Of a stretch of DNA of 12,811 nucleotides, positions 4,876-12,811 are shown in pieces. The notes below the pieces were generated by a model that was not told the DNA's origin, searched no databases, and saw only the letters and a list, made by a program, of their open reading frames with translations. This DNA is from Pseudomonadota bacterium. GTDB lineage: Bacteria > Bdellovibrionota_B > Oligoflexia > Oligoflexales > CAIMVM01. The stretch covers positions 1 through 12,811 of the forward strand of contig JBAXBA010000095.1 in NCBI GenBank assembly GCA_037142195.1, written 5' to 3'. Positions within the stretch are counted from its first letter, which is position 1; each line of letters begins with the position of its first letter. Made by a program: the position numbers and the translations under genes.

Positions 4876-6099
4876 ATGATAAGATGGACTTGGAGGAAGT
4901 TTCAAATTCGAGTTTTTATTTATCTTTTTGGGGAAATCGTCCCGCAGTTTATATCCACTGTGGTTATTTTTTCCTCAGTGCTTATTATCTCACAGCTGAT
5001 TCGGCTTACTGAGCTTTTAGTAGCCATAGGTCTTTCTTTTGAAAACATAGTCCTCCCCCTAGTCTTTGTTGCGGTGCCTTTTCTAAGCCTAACCATACCC
5101 ATGGCTTTTATGTTTGCTGTGATGTTAGGCTTCTCTAGGATGTCAGCAGATGGGGAAGTGGTTGCTCTCCTTGCGGCTGGATATTCCCTGCGTAAAGCCC
5201 TTCTGCCTTTAATGATCATAGCAACCGTACTTGTAGGCGGGGGGCTTTATATTTCCACTCAATTGGAAGCGTGGGGGCGGCGGGAGTTTCTATCGTTTAC
5301 CTACCGCAAGACCCAAACGGAACTTGATAATATTATAAGGTCGAAGATTCAGCCGGGCGTTTTTGTCGACAACTTTTTAGGCTTCGTTCTCCACGCTGAA
5401 GAAGTTTCAAGCGACAAGAAGGAGTATAAGAAACTTATTCTATCTCCCCAAAAAAGGTCTGGAAAATTTGACGGATTCACTTTATCTGCCCCTGAAGGAA
5501 AGATTGAAGGGTCCGTGGAAACAGGAAAGCTCGTCTTAACTTTAAAGAACGGATTTGGTTACGGCTCTAAAGGGGAATCCTATCGCTCGTTTCGCTTTGA
5601 AACCATGAAAATTGATCTTTTGCGGTTATTCAGAGATCAGATCTTTGGTGGTGATACGCTAAGTAACGACTACCAAAGTCTTCCCATTTCAGAATTAAGG
5701 GACTATATAAAAGATCAAAGGAAGTCCGGTGCGACGGAAACTCCCGAATTTAGAAAAGCCAATTATCTATTTCATAAACGATTTGCAGCCCCCTTTGGAA
5801 CTATCGTATTCTTTCTATTTGGCCTAGTTTTTGGAATCAGTGAGCAACGGCGACCTAAAGGCACCGCTTACGCATCCTGCATTTCGGTGATCATTATAAG
5901 CTACCTCATAACGGTCGGCTTCAAATGGCTTGCAGAGAATGGCTATATGGGTGCGATTTTAGCTTCTTGGGGACCCCATTTGATCCTTTTGCCCTTCGGT
6001 ATTTTTATGGTCTATCAAAGAAATCGACTTCCTATTTCCGAACCAGTATGGGCATGGCGCAACTTAGGATTTCAAAGAAAGCAAAGGCTCTTAAAGTAG
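4876..6099 (+). CDS. LptF/LptG-family LPS export ABC transporter permease (LptF-like)
   Basis: 407 aa with a 3 TM + periplasmic beta-jellyroll + 3 TM layout. Motifs are P.FL.LTIPMA, RMSADGEVVALLAAGYS, IQPGVF, FHKRFA.P and ASWGPH. Confidence 0.9.
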   Translation: MIRWTWRKFQIRVFIYLFGEIVPQFISTVVIFSSVLIISQLIRLTELLVAIGLSFENIVLPLVFVAVPFLSLTIPMAFMFAVMLGFSRMSADGEVVALLAAGYSLRKALLPLMIIATVLVGGGLYISTQLEAWGRREFLSFTYRKTQTELDNIIRSKIQPGVFVDNFLGFVLHAEEVSSDKKEYKKLILSPQKRSGKFDGFTLSAPEGKIEGSVETGKLVLTLKNGFGYGSKGESYRSFRFETMKIDLLRLFRDQIFGGDTLSNDYQSLPISELRDYIKDQRKSGATETPEFRKANYLFHKRFAAPFGTIVFFLFGLVFGISEQRRPKGTAYASCISVIIISYLITVGFKWLAENGYMGAILASWGPHLILLPFGIFMVYQRNRLPISEPVWAWRNLGFQRKQRLLK

Positions 6100-6217
6100 T
6101 CGAAGAAACTTTTCGAAAGCTCGGATTCCGTCTCCTGCTTCAGCTCTTCGACTTGATGATTCGAATGAGCCTAAAGCACTCTTGAAAGTAGGTTTTGGAC
6201 TCTTTCTTAGGGCTCGG

Positions 6218-7099
6218 TTATAAGAGGTTACTTAGAGCGTCTCTGAGATTCTTGTATTGGAATTTATAGCCTTTCTTTATGAGAGCATCAGGCAGCACTT
6301 TTTGTCCGGTAATGAGATAATGGGCCCGCTCTCCCAGTAAAAGTCTTAGCATCATCCCGGAAGTAGGAACAAAGCTGGGGCGTCCCATGAGACTTCCAAG
6401 AGTTTTGGCAAACGCTTCTTGTCTGACTGTTTGAGGTGCTACGACATTGTAAGTTTGTGGGTCTGCAGTTAGCAAATAGACCAGGATATCGACTGCGTCA
6501 TCTATGTGAATCCATGAAATCCATTGTTTGCCAGAATCTAGGGGGCCTCCTAGCAGGAATCGGAACAAAGGTAGAATTTTCATTAACATCCCACCGTCTC
6601 TGGATAAAACGATGCCTAGGCGAGCGATAGATACCTTTCCTAGGAAGGACTTGGCAGCTTGCTCCCAATCTTGACAAAGGGCCGCTAAAAAATCATCCCC
6701 TGCAGGGCTATCTTCTGTAAATGATTTTGTCCAAGAGGTTCCGTAGTAGCCGATAGCAGAAATTTGAATCAGGAGTTTCGGGCGAACGGATATTTCCATG
6801 AGGTTTAAAGCTTGGGTGAGATTTTGAGTCAACGTTACCCTTGACTGAACCAACTCTAATTTTCGAGATTTTGTCCATGCATGGTCAAATATTCCTGCAC
6901 CCGCAAGATTGATCACTACATCGTGATGGGCTAAGGCATTTTGATCTATTTGGTCTGTCATCGTAATGCCCTGATTCTGAGCTTTGAAATCGATGCGTTT
7001 TCGAGTGTAAATAGTGATCACATGGCCGTTTTCTAAAAGCTTTTTTTGTAATTTGGTGCCAACGAGTCCCGTACCACCGATCAAAAATATTTTAGACAT
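6218..7099 (-). CDS. TIGR01777-family NAD(P)-dependent epimerase/oxidoreductase (YfcH/SDR39U1-like)
   Basis: Motifs GGTGLVG, VINLAG, SRV..T, SAIGYYG, DFLA.LC.DWE, RLGIVL...GG, G.QWISWIHIDD and GQKVLP. ATG 7099 has AAAGGA upstream, so it is preferred over 7144. Confidence 0.92.
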   Translation of the reverse strand: MSKIFLIGGTGLVGTKLQKKLLENGHVITIYTRKRIDFKAQNQGITMTDQIDQNALAHHDVVINLAGAGIFDHAWTKSRKLELVQSRVTLTQNLTQALNLMEISVRPKLLIQISAIGYYGTSWTKSFTEDSPAGDDFLAALCQDWEQAAKSFLGKVSIARLGIVLSRDGGMLMKILPLFRFLLGGPLDSGKQWISWIHIDDAVDILVYLLTADPQTYNVVAPQTVRQEAFAKTLGSLMGRPSFVPTSGMMLRLLLGERAHYLITGQKVLPDALIKKGYKFQYKNLRDALSNLL

Positions 7100-7448
7100 T
7101 TGTGTAAGATCCTTTATATTGAGAGAGCTTGGGTCCAGGTCCATGAGGCATGGCTAGTTTAGCTCTACCATGCCGAAAAGTCTCAGTTATTTGAGGGCAA
7201 TGGAGTTGGCCTCAGAGATTATAAGGAAAGAGAAATTTTTGATAAAGTTAAGGTAAAGAATAAACCTTTGGGAACAATTTTAAACAAAGTTGCCTTTCAA
7301 ACGGACACCTCAAGGGGTTTTGGGAGGAAAGGCGGTTGCCAAAAGAGACGAATCAGTTATACATTTAAAGACCTTAAATATGTTTATCGCCAGGAAATCC
7401 TTGTGATTTCCATAAACACATACTTAGCGAGTGGATCGGGGGAAATTT

Positions 7449-8684
7449 ATGAGACGAGTTGTGGTAACAGGAATGGGTATGCTTTCTCCTGTAGGAAATT
7501 CTGTGGATGAGTCCTGGAAAAATGCCCTGGCAGCGAAATCTGGAATTGGTCCGATCACGCAATTTGATAATCATCGCATTCATGTAAAAGTGGCTGGTGA
7601 AGTCAAAGGTTTTAACCCTTCTGACTTTATGGAAGCAAAAGAAGCGCGGCGAACTACTCGCTTTATTCAGCTGGCAGTAGCAGCTGCCAAAGAAGCATTA
7701 GAGCAAGCAGGCGTCAATGATCAAACTCCGAAAACTCGCTTTGGAGTTTCCATCGGTGTAGGTATGGGAGGGATCAGTTGGACCTGTGAAAACACTCTCC
7801 TTGCCGCCGAAAAAGGGCCAAGCCGTGTGTCTCCTTTCTTTATTCCTTACGCGATCCCAAATATGGCGGCTGGCATTGTAGCCAATTCTTACGGACTCAA
7901 AGGGCCTAATATTTGTACGACCACTGCTTGCACAAGTGGCACCCATGGTGTGGGTGAGGCTTTTCTACTGATTCGAAACGGCATGGCAGATGGCATGATC
8001 GCAGGTGGTGCCGAATCAGCTATCTGTGAGCTTTCCGTTGCTGCCTTCGCGAACATGAAGGCGCTTTGTGTAGATTCTGAATCCGGAGCATCGTCCAGCC
8101 GGCCTTTTGATGCGACGAGATCTGGATTTGTGATGGGAGAAGGGGCTGGGTTCTTAGTTCTTGAAGAATTGGAACATGCCAAGAAACGCGGGGCCAAGAT
8201 ATTGGCCGAAATGGTGGGTTATGGAATGAGCGGTGATGCCTATCATATTACCTCACCATCACCAGAAGGTGAGGGAGCGCAAAGATGCATGCGCATGGCC
8301 ATTGAAATGGCAGAAATTACACCCGAGAAAATTCACTACATCAATGCCCACGGCACCTCAACAGAACTTAATGACCTTTATGAAACACGAGCCATTGAGC
8401 ATGTGTTTGGAGCCCATGCCCCCAAACTTGCCGTGAGTTCGACCAAAGGCGTTACAGGCCACTTGCTTGGCGGAGCAGGTGGAGTGGAAGCGGTGTTTAC
8501 CGTGAAAGCGGTTATGGATCAAATCGCTCCACCAACAGCGCACCTCGAAAATCCGGATCCTGCTTTAACGCTTGATTATGTGCCTTTAAAAGCGCGACCT
8601 ATGCAAATCGAATACGCGATGTCCAATTCTTTTGGTTTTGGTGGGACAAACGGTTCCGTGCTATTTAAAAAGTTTCAAGCTTAA
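7449..8684 (+). CDS. fabF: Beta-ketoacyl-ACP synthase II
   Basis: Starts MRRVVVTGMG. Catalytic Cys in TACTSG, His in INAHGTST and His in TGHLLG, plus SRPFD..R.GFVMGEG and SNSFGFGGTN. Confidence 0.96.
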   Translation: MRRVVVTGMGMLSPVGNSVDESWKNALAAKSGIGPITQFDNHRIHVKVAGEVKGFNPSDFMEAKEARRTTRFIQLAVAAAKEALEQAGVNDQTPKTRFGVSIGVGMGGISWTCENTLLAAEKGPSRVSPFFIPYAIPNMAAGIVANSYGLKGPNICTTTACTSGTHGVGEAFLLIRNGMADGMIAGGAESAICELSVAAFANMKALCVDSESGASSSRPFDATRSGFVMGEGAGFLVLEELEHAKKRGAKILAEMVGYGMSGDAYHITSPSPEGEGAQRCMRMAIEMAEITPEKIHYINAHGTSTELNDLYETRAIEHVFGAHAPKLAVSSTKGVTGHLLGGAGGVEAVFTVKAVMDQIAPPTAHLENPDPALTLDYVPLKARPMQIEYAMSNSFGFGGTNGSVLFKKFQA

Positions 8685-9463
8685 TGGGGTGTCTTCGGAA
8701 GTTAACATGGGGAATGATGTTTTGTGGCACCTCAAGTGCGTTCGGTTTTTCGGTAGTGGATTACGTCAAATCCTACAACCTGGGACTGAACCTTATTGGA
8801 GCAGCAGAATTTGCCAGAGTCTCTTATGACTCCACCGCTCCGAGCTCTCAGGGAAAATCTAATTGCGAAGCTCAAGCATCGAGTTCTAGCTGCACGGTGG
8901 CTGCCCAAAGCGGTGGGCGGTCTAAAACCCTAGGTGGAGTCGGCTTTTTTGTGGAACATCCTTTTGAACAAAAAGGTCAAAACTTTTTTTGGCAAGCGGA
9001 TCTTTCCTTTGCCCTTCAAATCCTCGACGGCCAATATATAAAACCCGCCAATGGGGATTTAGACGACACCCTACAAAGCCTCAGTTACTCTCTTAGGGGA
9101 TTCCAGGTAAAGCCCTATGTTAGGGTAGGATGGACTCCTAATGGTCTTCCCGATTTGATTCTAACGGCGGGTCCTGTGGGAACTTTGCTGGCCGGGACGG
9201 TCACTATAAATGATCAAAAAGAAAAAGTAAGTTTCCTTCAAAGATCCAAAGTTAGCTTATTTAAGGCTGCTCATGTTACCTTTGAAGCTGTGTTTTTACG
9301 CCATGGAGATGGGGCCTTTTCCCTCTATTGGAGCCAAAGTAGGGCAGAGTCGAGTGCAGCGGCAGGAAGTTTCTATAATGGGGACGTCGGTGAGATGTCT
9401 AATTTTAGTGCTTCTTTTGTACATAAAGAGGTTGGTTTCAAATGGTTGCTAAACTGGCCGTAA
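8684..9463 (+). CDS. Hypothetical exported protein, possible small outer-membrane beta-barrel
   Basis: 259 aa. The start overlaps the fabF stop (TAATG). It has a signal-peptide-like N-terminus (..SSAFG), alternating hydrophobic strands (FFWQADLSFALQ, FQVKPYVRVGW, LILTAGP, FSLYWS) and an aromatic C-terminus VGFKWLLNWP. Confidence 0.7.
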   Translation: MGCLRKLTWGMMFCGTSSAFGFSVVDYVKSYNLGLNLIGAAEFARVSYDSTAPSSQGKSNCEAQASSSSCTVAAQSGGRSKTLGGVGFFVEHPFEQKGQNFFWQADLSFALQILDGQYIKPANGDLDDTLQSLSYSLRGFQVKPYVRVGWTPNGLPDLILTAGPVGTLLAGTVTINDQKEKVSFLQRSKVSLFKAAHVTFEAVFLRHGDGAFSLYWSQSRAESSAAAGSFYNGDVGEMSNFSASFVHKEVGFKWLLNWP

Positions 9464-9521
9464 GCAGTTAAACCATAAGGTCAAAACATGCCCTAAAGGG
9501 GGGCCTATGCAGGGAGCTTTG

Positions 9522-10508
9522 ATGAGTTCAAAAGTTAAAAAAACTGTACCAGATCAGGCACATCCTTTGGTGGCGCTTTACAAAGAGATGCTTTACTACC
9601 GAAGATTTGAAGAGCGAGTCCTGGTGGCATACACGAATCAAAAATTTTCTGGTTTTTGTCACGTCCATATCGGGCAAGAAGCCCTTTGTGTGGGCGTGCA
9701 AAAGTGCCTAAGACCAACAGATTATATGATTTCTGGTTACCGTTCCCATACTCAAGCTATTGCCAAGGGAATTCCTGGGCATCAAGTTTTTGCGGAGCTG
9801 TTCGGGAAAGTTACCGGCTGCTCTAGGGGGAAAGGCGGCTCCATGCACATGTTCTCTAAAGAACATCGCTTTTTAGGCGGCCATGGGATCGTGGGCGGGC
9901 AAGCTCCACTTGCAACCGGGGCAGCGTTTCGCATCAAGTATATGAAAGAAGATGACATTGTCGTTTGCTATATGGGCGATGCGGCGATGAATCAAGGGCA
10001 AGTCTATGAAGTCATGAATATGGCTGCAACCTGGGATTTGCCGGTGCTCTTTATTGTAGAAAATAATCAATATGGCATGGGTACTGATATCAGGCGGACT
10101 ACTTCGGTAGATCATCTCTATAAGCGAGCTTTAGCTTTTGATATGGATCACTCTATGGTCGACGCCATGGATGTGGAGACCGTGATTCAGCATGTAGACA
10201 AAATTGTTAAGAAGATGCGTAAAGACAAGAAGCCTTACCTTCTTGAAGCGAAATGCTACCGTTACAAAGGTCACTCCGTATCTGACCCACAAAATTATCG
10301 CACTAAAGAAGAAGTTGCTGAGTGGCTCAAAAAAGATCCCGTTTTAGTTTTAGGTGAAAAACTCAAAGCAGAAAAATTAGCGACCGAAGATTTATTGGAA
10401 TCCTGGGACGATGAAATTAAAACCCGTGTGCGCGCCGATGAGCAGTTTGCTGACGAATCCCCAAATCCAGACCTATCAGAGGCCTGGATGCATGTATACC
10501 TAGACTAA
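9522..10508 (+). CDS. pdhA: Pyruvate dehydrogenase E1 alpha subunit (alternative start 9507)
   Basis: Motifs GFCH..IGQEA, YRSH, G.GGSMH, GGHGIVG, the TPP motif GDAA...ENN and YRYKGHSVSDP..YRT. Confidence 0.96.
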   Translation: MSSKVKKTVPDQAHPLVALYKEMLYYRRFEERVLVAYTNQKFSGFCHVHIGQEALCVGVQKCLRPTDYMISGYRSHTQAIAKGIPGHQVFAELFGKVTGCSRGKGGSMHMFSKEHRFLGGHGIVGGQAPLATGAAFRIKYMKEDDIVVCYMGDAAMNQGQVYEVMNMAATWDLPVLFIVENNQYGMGTDIRRTTSVDHLYKRALAFDMDHSMVDAMDVETVIQHVDKIVKKMRKDKKPYLLEAKCYRYKGHSVSDPQNYRTKEEVAEWLKKDPVLVLGEKLKAEKLATEDLLESWDDEIKTRVRADEQFADESPNPDLSEAWMHVYLD

Positions 10509-10517
10509 GGAGAAAAG

Positions 10518-11501
10518 ATGGCAATATTAACATTTAGAGAAGCCCTTGGTCAGGCCATGTATGAAGAAATGGAGCGGGATCCAAGCGTGTTTTTAATGGG
10601 TGAAGAAGTAGCTCAGTATAATGGAGCTTATAAGGTGTCCAAAGGACTACTGGACAAATTTGGGCCTGAACGAGTGATCGACTCTCCGATTTCAGAAGCA
10701 GGCTTTGCGGGTCTTGGAGTCGGGGCCGCCATGACGGGACTAAGACCCATCATTGAGATGATGACTTGGAACTTTGGGATTCAAGGATTTGACCAGATCA
10801 TCAACCATGCGGCAAAGATGCTTTACATGTCGGGCGGTCAGTTTCCCATACCTATGGTCATTCGGGGGCCTAACGGCGCAGCTCATATGCTGTCTTCCCA
10901 ACACTCACAATCTGTCGACCCTTTTCTGACTAACGTCCCAGGTCTTAAGGTCGTCTGTCCTGCTACTCCAGCTGATGGCAAGGGTCTATTAAAAGCAGCC
11001 ATTCGAGATAACAATCCCGTTTGTTTTCTAGAATCGGAAATGATGTATGGCATGAAAGGCGAAGTTCCAGACGGAGAGTTTCTAATTCCGTTAGGAGTAG
11101 GGGAAATTAAAAAAGCAGGAAGTGACGTCACCATCATTACTTGGGGAAAGATTTACCACAAGGTCGTCAAAGCGGTCGAACACATCGAAAAAGAATTTGG
11201 TATTTCTGTCGAGATCCTTGATCCAAGAACGTTACTTCCCCTAGATGAAAATCTGATTTTCCAGTCCGTTCGAAAGACACATCGCGTAGTGATCGTCGAA
11301 GAGGCTTGGGGCTTTGCTTCCGTGGGAGCGCAGATTTCAGATCGGATTCATAATATGTGTTTTGACGAATTAGATGCTCCCGTAGAGCGAGTCTCCACTG
11401 ATTTTGTGCCGGTTCCCTATAATGAAGCTCTTGAGCATGAAGTACTGCCAAATGAAGATAAGATTGTAAAAGCGGTTCGCCGCGTTATCTATGCCGACTA
11501 A
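10518..11501 (+). CDS. pdhB: Pyruvate dehydrogenase E1 beta subunit
   Basis: Motifs GEEVAQYNGAYKVSKGL, DSPISEAGFAG, GLRPIIE.MTWNF, DQIIN.AAK and QHSQ, with RBS AAGGAG. Confidence 0.96.
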   Translation: MAILTFREALGQAMYEEMERDPSVFLMGEEVAQYNGAYKVSKGLLDKFGPERVIDSPISEAGFAGLGVGAAMTGLRPIIEMMTWNFGIQGFDQIINHAAKMLYMSGGQFPIPMVIRGPNGAAHMLSSQHSQSVDPFLTNVPGLKVVCPATPADGKGLLKAAIRDNNPVCFLESEMMYGMKGEVPDGEFLIPLGVGEIKKAGSDVTIITWGKIYHKVVKAVEHIEKEFGISVEILDPRTLLPLDENLIFQSVRKTHRVVIVEEAWGFASVGAQISDRIHNMCFDELDAPVERVSTDFVPVPYNEALEHEVLPNEDKIVKAVRRVIYAD

Positions 11502-11510
11502 GGGGAAAAA

Positions 11511-12811
11511 ATGGCTCATATAATTCGCATGCCGAAGCTCTCTGACACGATGGAAGAAGGCGGCATTGCTCAGTGGTTAAAAAAAGAAGGCGATAGAGTT
11601 AAAGATGGAGAAGCTCTTGTAGAGATTGAAACCGACAAAGCAACTCTAGAATTTTCTTCTCCTGAGTCTGGATTTTTAATTAAGATCCTTCACAAGCCTG
11701 GGGAGGCCATTGCTCTCGATGCTCCTATCTGTGTTTTAGGACTTAAAGACGAAGTCTTCGACCCCTCCATGCTCGGAACTTCAAAAGCACCCGCACCTAA
11801 AACGGCTGATCCTAAAGCTGCAGGAAACAATGCTACTGCCAATAAAGAGTCCCTAAAGGACCAAGCTTCTATGGGCAAGTCCTCAGTCGCAAATTCATCC
11901 GCAGCGAGTGCCAAGGCTGTCACAATTCAGCCTCTGCCCAGTGGTGTATTTATCATACGAATGCCCAAGCTTTCTGACACGATGGAAGAAGGTGGGATCG
12001 CAAATTGGCTCAAAAAAGAAGGTGACAAAGTAAGAGATGGTGAGCCTCTGGTTGAAATTGAGACCGACAAAGCAACCTTAGAATTCGCCTCACCGGAAAG
12101 CGGAATCCTAATCAAAATCGTTACGCCTAAGGGCGGCGGTGTGGCTTTAGATGCGCCTATCTGCGTTTTAGCCAGCCCAGGTGCGGTCTTTGATCCGAGT
12201 TGGCTCACGCAGAGTCCAGTACCAGCTGGTGGGGAGGCGAGTTCTGCCCCTACTCCAGCAGCCCATTCTGAAAGAAGTTTGGGTTCAGAGGCATCTTCTC
12301 CTGGGTCTTCTCCCGCGTCTATAAAGCGCTCCTTTTCCATATCCGGGTCTACACGCGTAAAAGCATCTCCTCTTGCTAAAAAAATGGCGGAAGGGCGGGG
12401 ACTGGATTTGAGAGGGTTAATGGGCTCTGGGCCTAATGGGCGAGTCGTCGTTCGAGACCTAGACTCCCTAGTTACCAGTGGAACAAGGTTAGTATCGAAA
12501 GCTCGGACAGAAGATAAAAAAATCCCTTTGTCGATGATGAGAAAAACCATCGCGAAGCGACTTCTTCAAGGTAAAAACGAAGCCCCTCATTTTTACTTGA
12601 AACAGTCAGCCAATATGACCCAAATGATGGATTGGCGAGAAAAACTAAATAAAGAACGTGAAGCTCAAAAACTCGCTCGGGTGAGCATCAATGACATGAT
12701 CATTTTGGCAACTTCAAGAGCCTTAAGAAAGCATCCCACCGTCAATTCAAGCTGGCAAGGGGACTCAATTTTAGAGCACGGAAGTATCCATATTGCTATG
12801 GCAGTGGCTCT
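11511..12811 (+). CDS. pdhC: Dihydrolipoamide acetyltransferase (PDH E2) with two lipoyl domains; partial, runs off the right edge
   Basis: Hand translation gives MAHIIRMPKLSDTMEEG...EIETDKATLE, with a second lipoyl domain from 11961 in the same frame. The E3-binding domain is KASPLAKKMA...GSGPNGRVV..D, and the catalytic domain starts with SMMRKTIAKRL...APHFYL. It is absent from the ORF track because no stop lies in the window. Confidence 0.96.
   Translation, partial: MAHIIRMPKLSDTMEEGGIAQWLKKEGDRVKDGEALVEIETDKATLEFSSPESGFLIKILHKPGEAIALDAPICVLGLKDEVFDPSMLGTSKAPAPKTADPKAAGNNATANKESLKDQASMGKSSVANSSAASAKAVTIQPLPSGVFIIRMPKLSDTMEEGGIANWLKKEGDKVRDGEPLVEIETDKATLEFASPESGILIKIVTPKGGGVALDAPICVLASPGAVFDPSWLTQSPVPAGGEASSAPTPAAHSERSLGSEASSPGSSPASIKRSFSISGSTRVKASPLAKKMAEGRGLDLRGLMGSGPNGRVVVRDLDSLVTSGTRLVSKARTEDKKIPLSMMRKTIAKRLLQGKNEAPHFYLKQSANMTQMMDWREKLNKEREAQKLARVSINDMIILATSRALRKHPTVNSSWQGDSILEHGSIHIAMAVA
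11520..12200 (+). repeat. Duplicated lipoyl-domain coding repeat, period 432 nt
   Basis: MPKLSDTMEEGGIA at 11529 and 11961; both copies carry ETDKA and LDAPICVL..VFDPS. Confidence 0.92.

Noticed and set aside
6100..6217. Bidirectional terminator or sRNA between the convergent lptF-like and TIGR01777 genes
   Set aside because: Only weak, long-loop inverted matches (GAGCCTAA/TTAGGGCTC) and no stem followed by a U-tract.
7147..7174. Hairpin GGCATGG-N14-CCATGCC in the divergent intergenic region
   Set aside because: A 7-bp stem with no U-tract and no riboswitch consensus; insufficient support for a function.
7268..7510. 80-aa ORF upstream of fabF as acpP
   Set aside because: The sequence is basic, lacks the DSL phosphopantetheine motif and overlaps fabF out of frame.
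9974..9985. PdhA TPP motif GDAA instead of GDGA as a sign of inactivation
   Set aside because: A conservative change; the Asp, the downstream NN and all other motifs are intact in a complete pdh operon.
661..12550. Long antisense or overlapping ORFs (661-1203, 1386-1697, 3772-4122, 4920-5219, 7889-8197, 10883-11137, 11690-11923, 11927-12550 and similar)
   Set aside because: They are shadow frames of well-supported genes with no motifs of their own; 11927-12550 is the antisense of pdhC.

Overview
Bacterial chromosomal window, probably Gram-negative (LptF/G permease present). The protein style suggests Bdellovibrionota/Oligoflexia, which is inference only. The right part (3591-12811) is core housekeeping: a transpeptidase-only PBP, an LptF/LptG permease, a TIGR01777 epimerase, fabF, a translationally coupled hypothetical exported protein and pdhA-pdhB-pdhC. 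pdhC has two lipoyl domains, runs off the window and is missing from the ORF track. The left part (1-3568) is accessory: a probable IS91-family transposase N-terminus at the edge, then an extended-SDR reductase behind a promoter with two palindromic operators, a GC-rich tandem-DUF1330 gene and an HxlR/DUF24 regulator. The most striking structure is at 2604-3568. There a C-terminally truncated IS110 recombinase (DEDD intact, serine domain missing) sits between two 165-bp inverted copies (1 mismatch) of its own upstream non-coding end. Each copy carries an extended -10, a structured candidate bridge-RNA region, an RBS-occluding hairpin and the start codon. The left copy is bracketed by a 9-bp direct repeat. 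All structural claims were read by eye; no database searches or folding programs were run.
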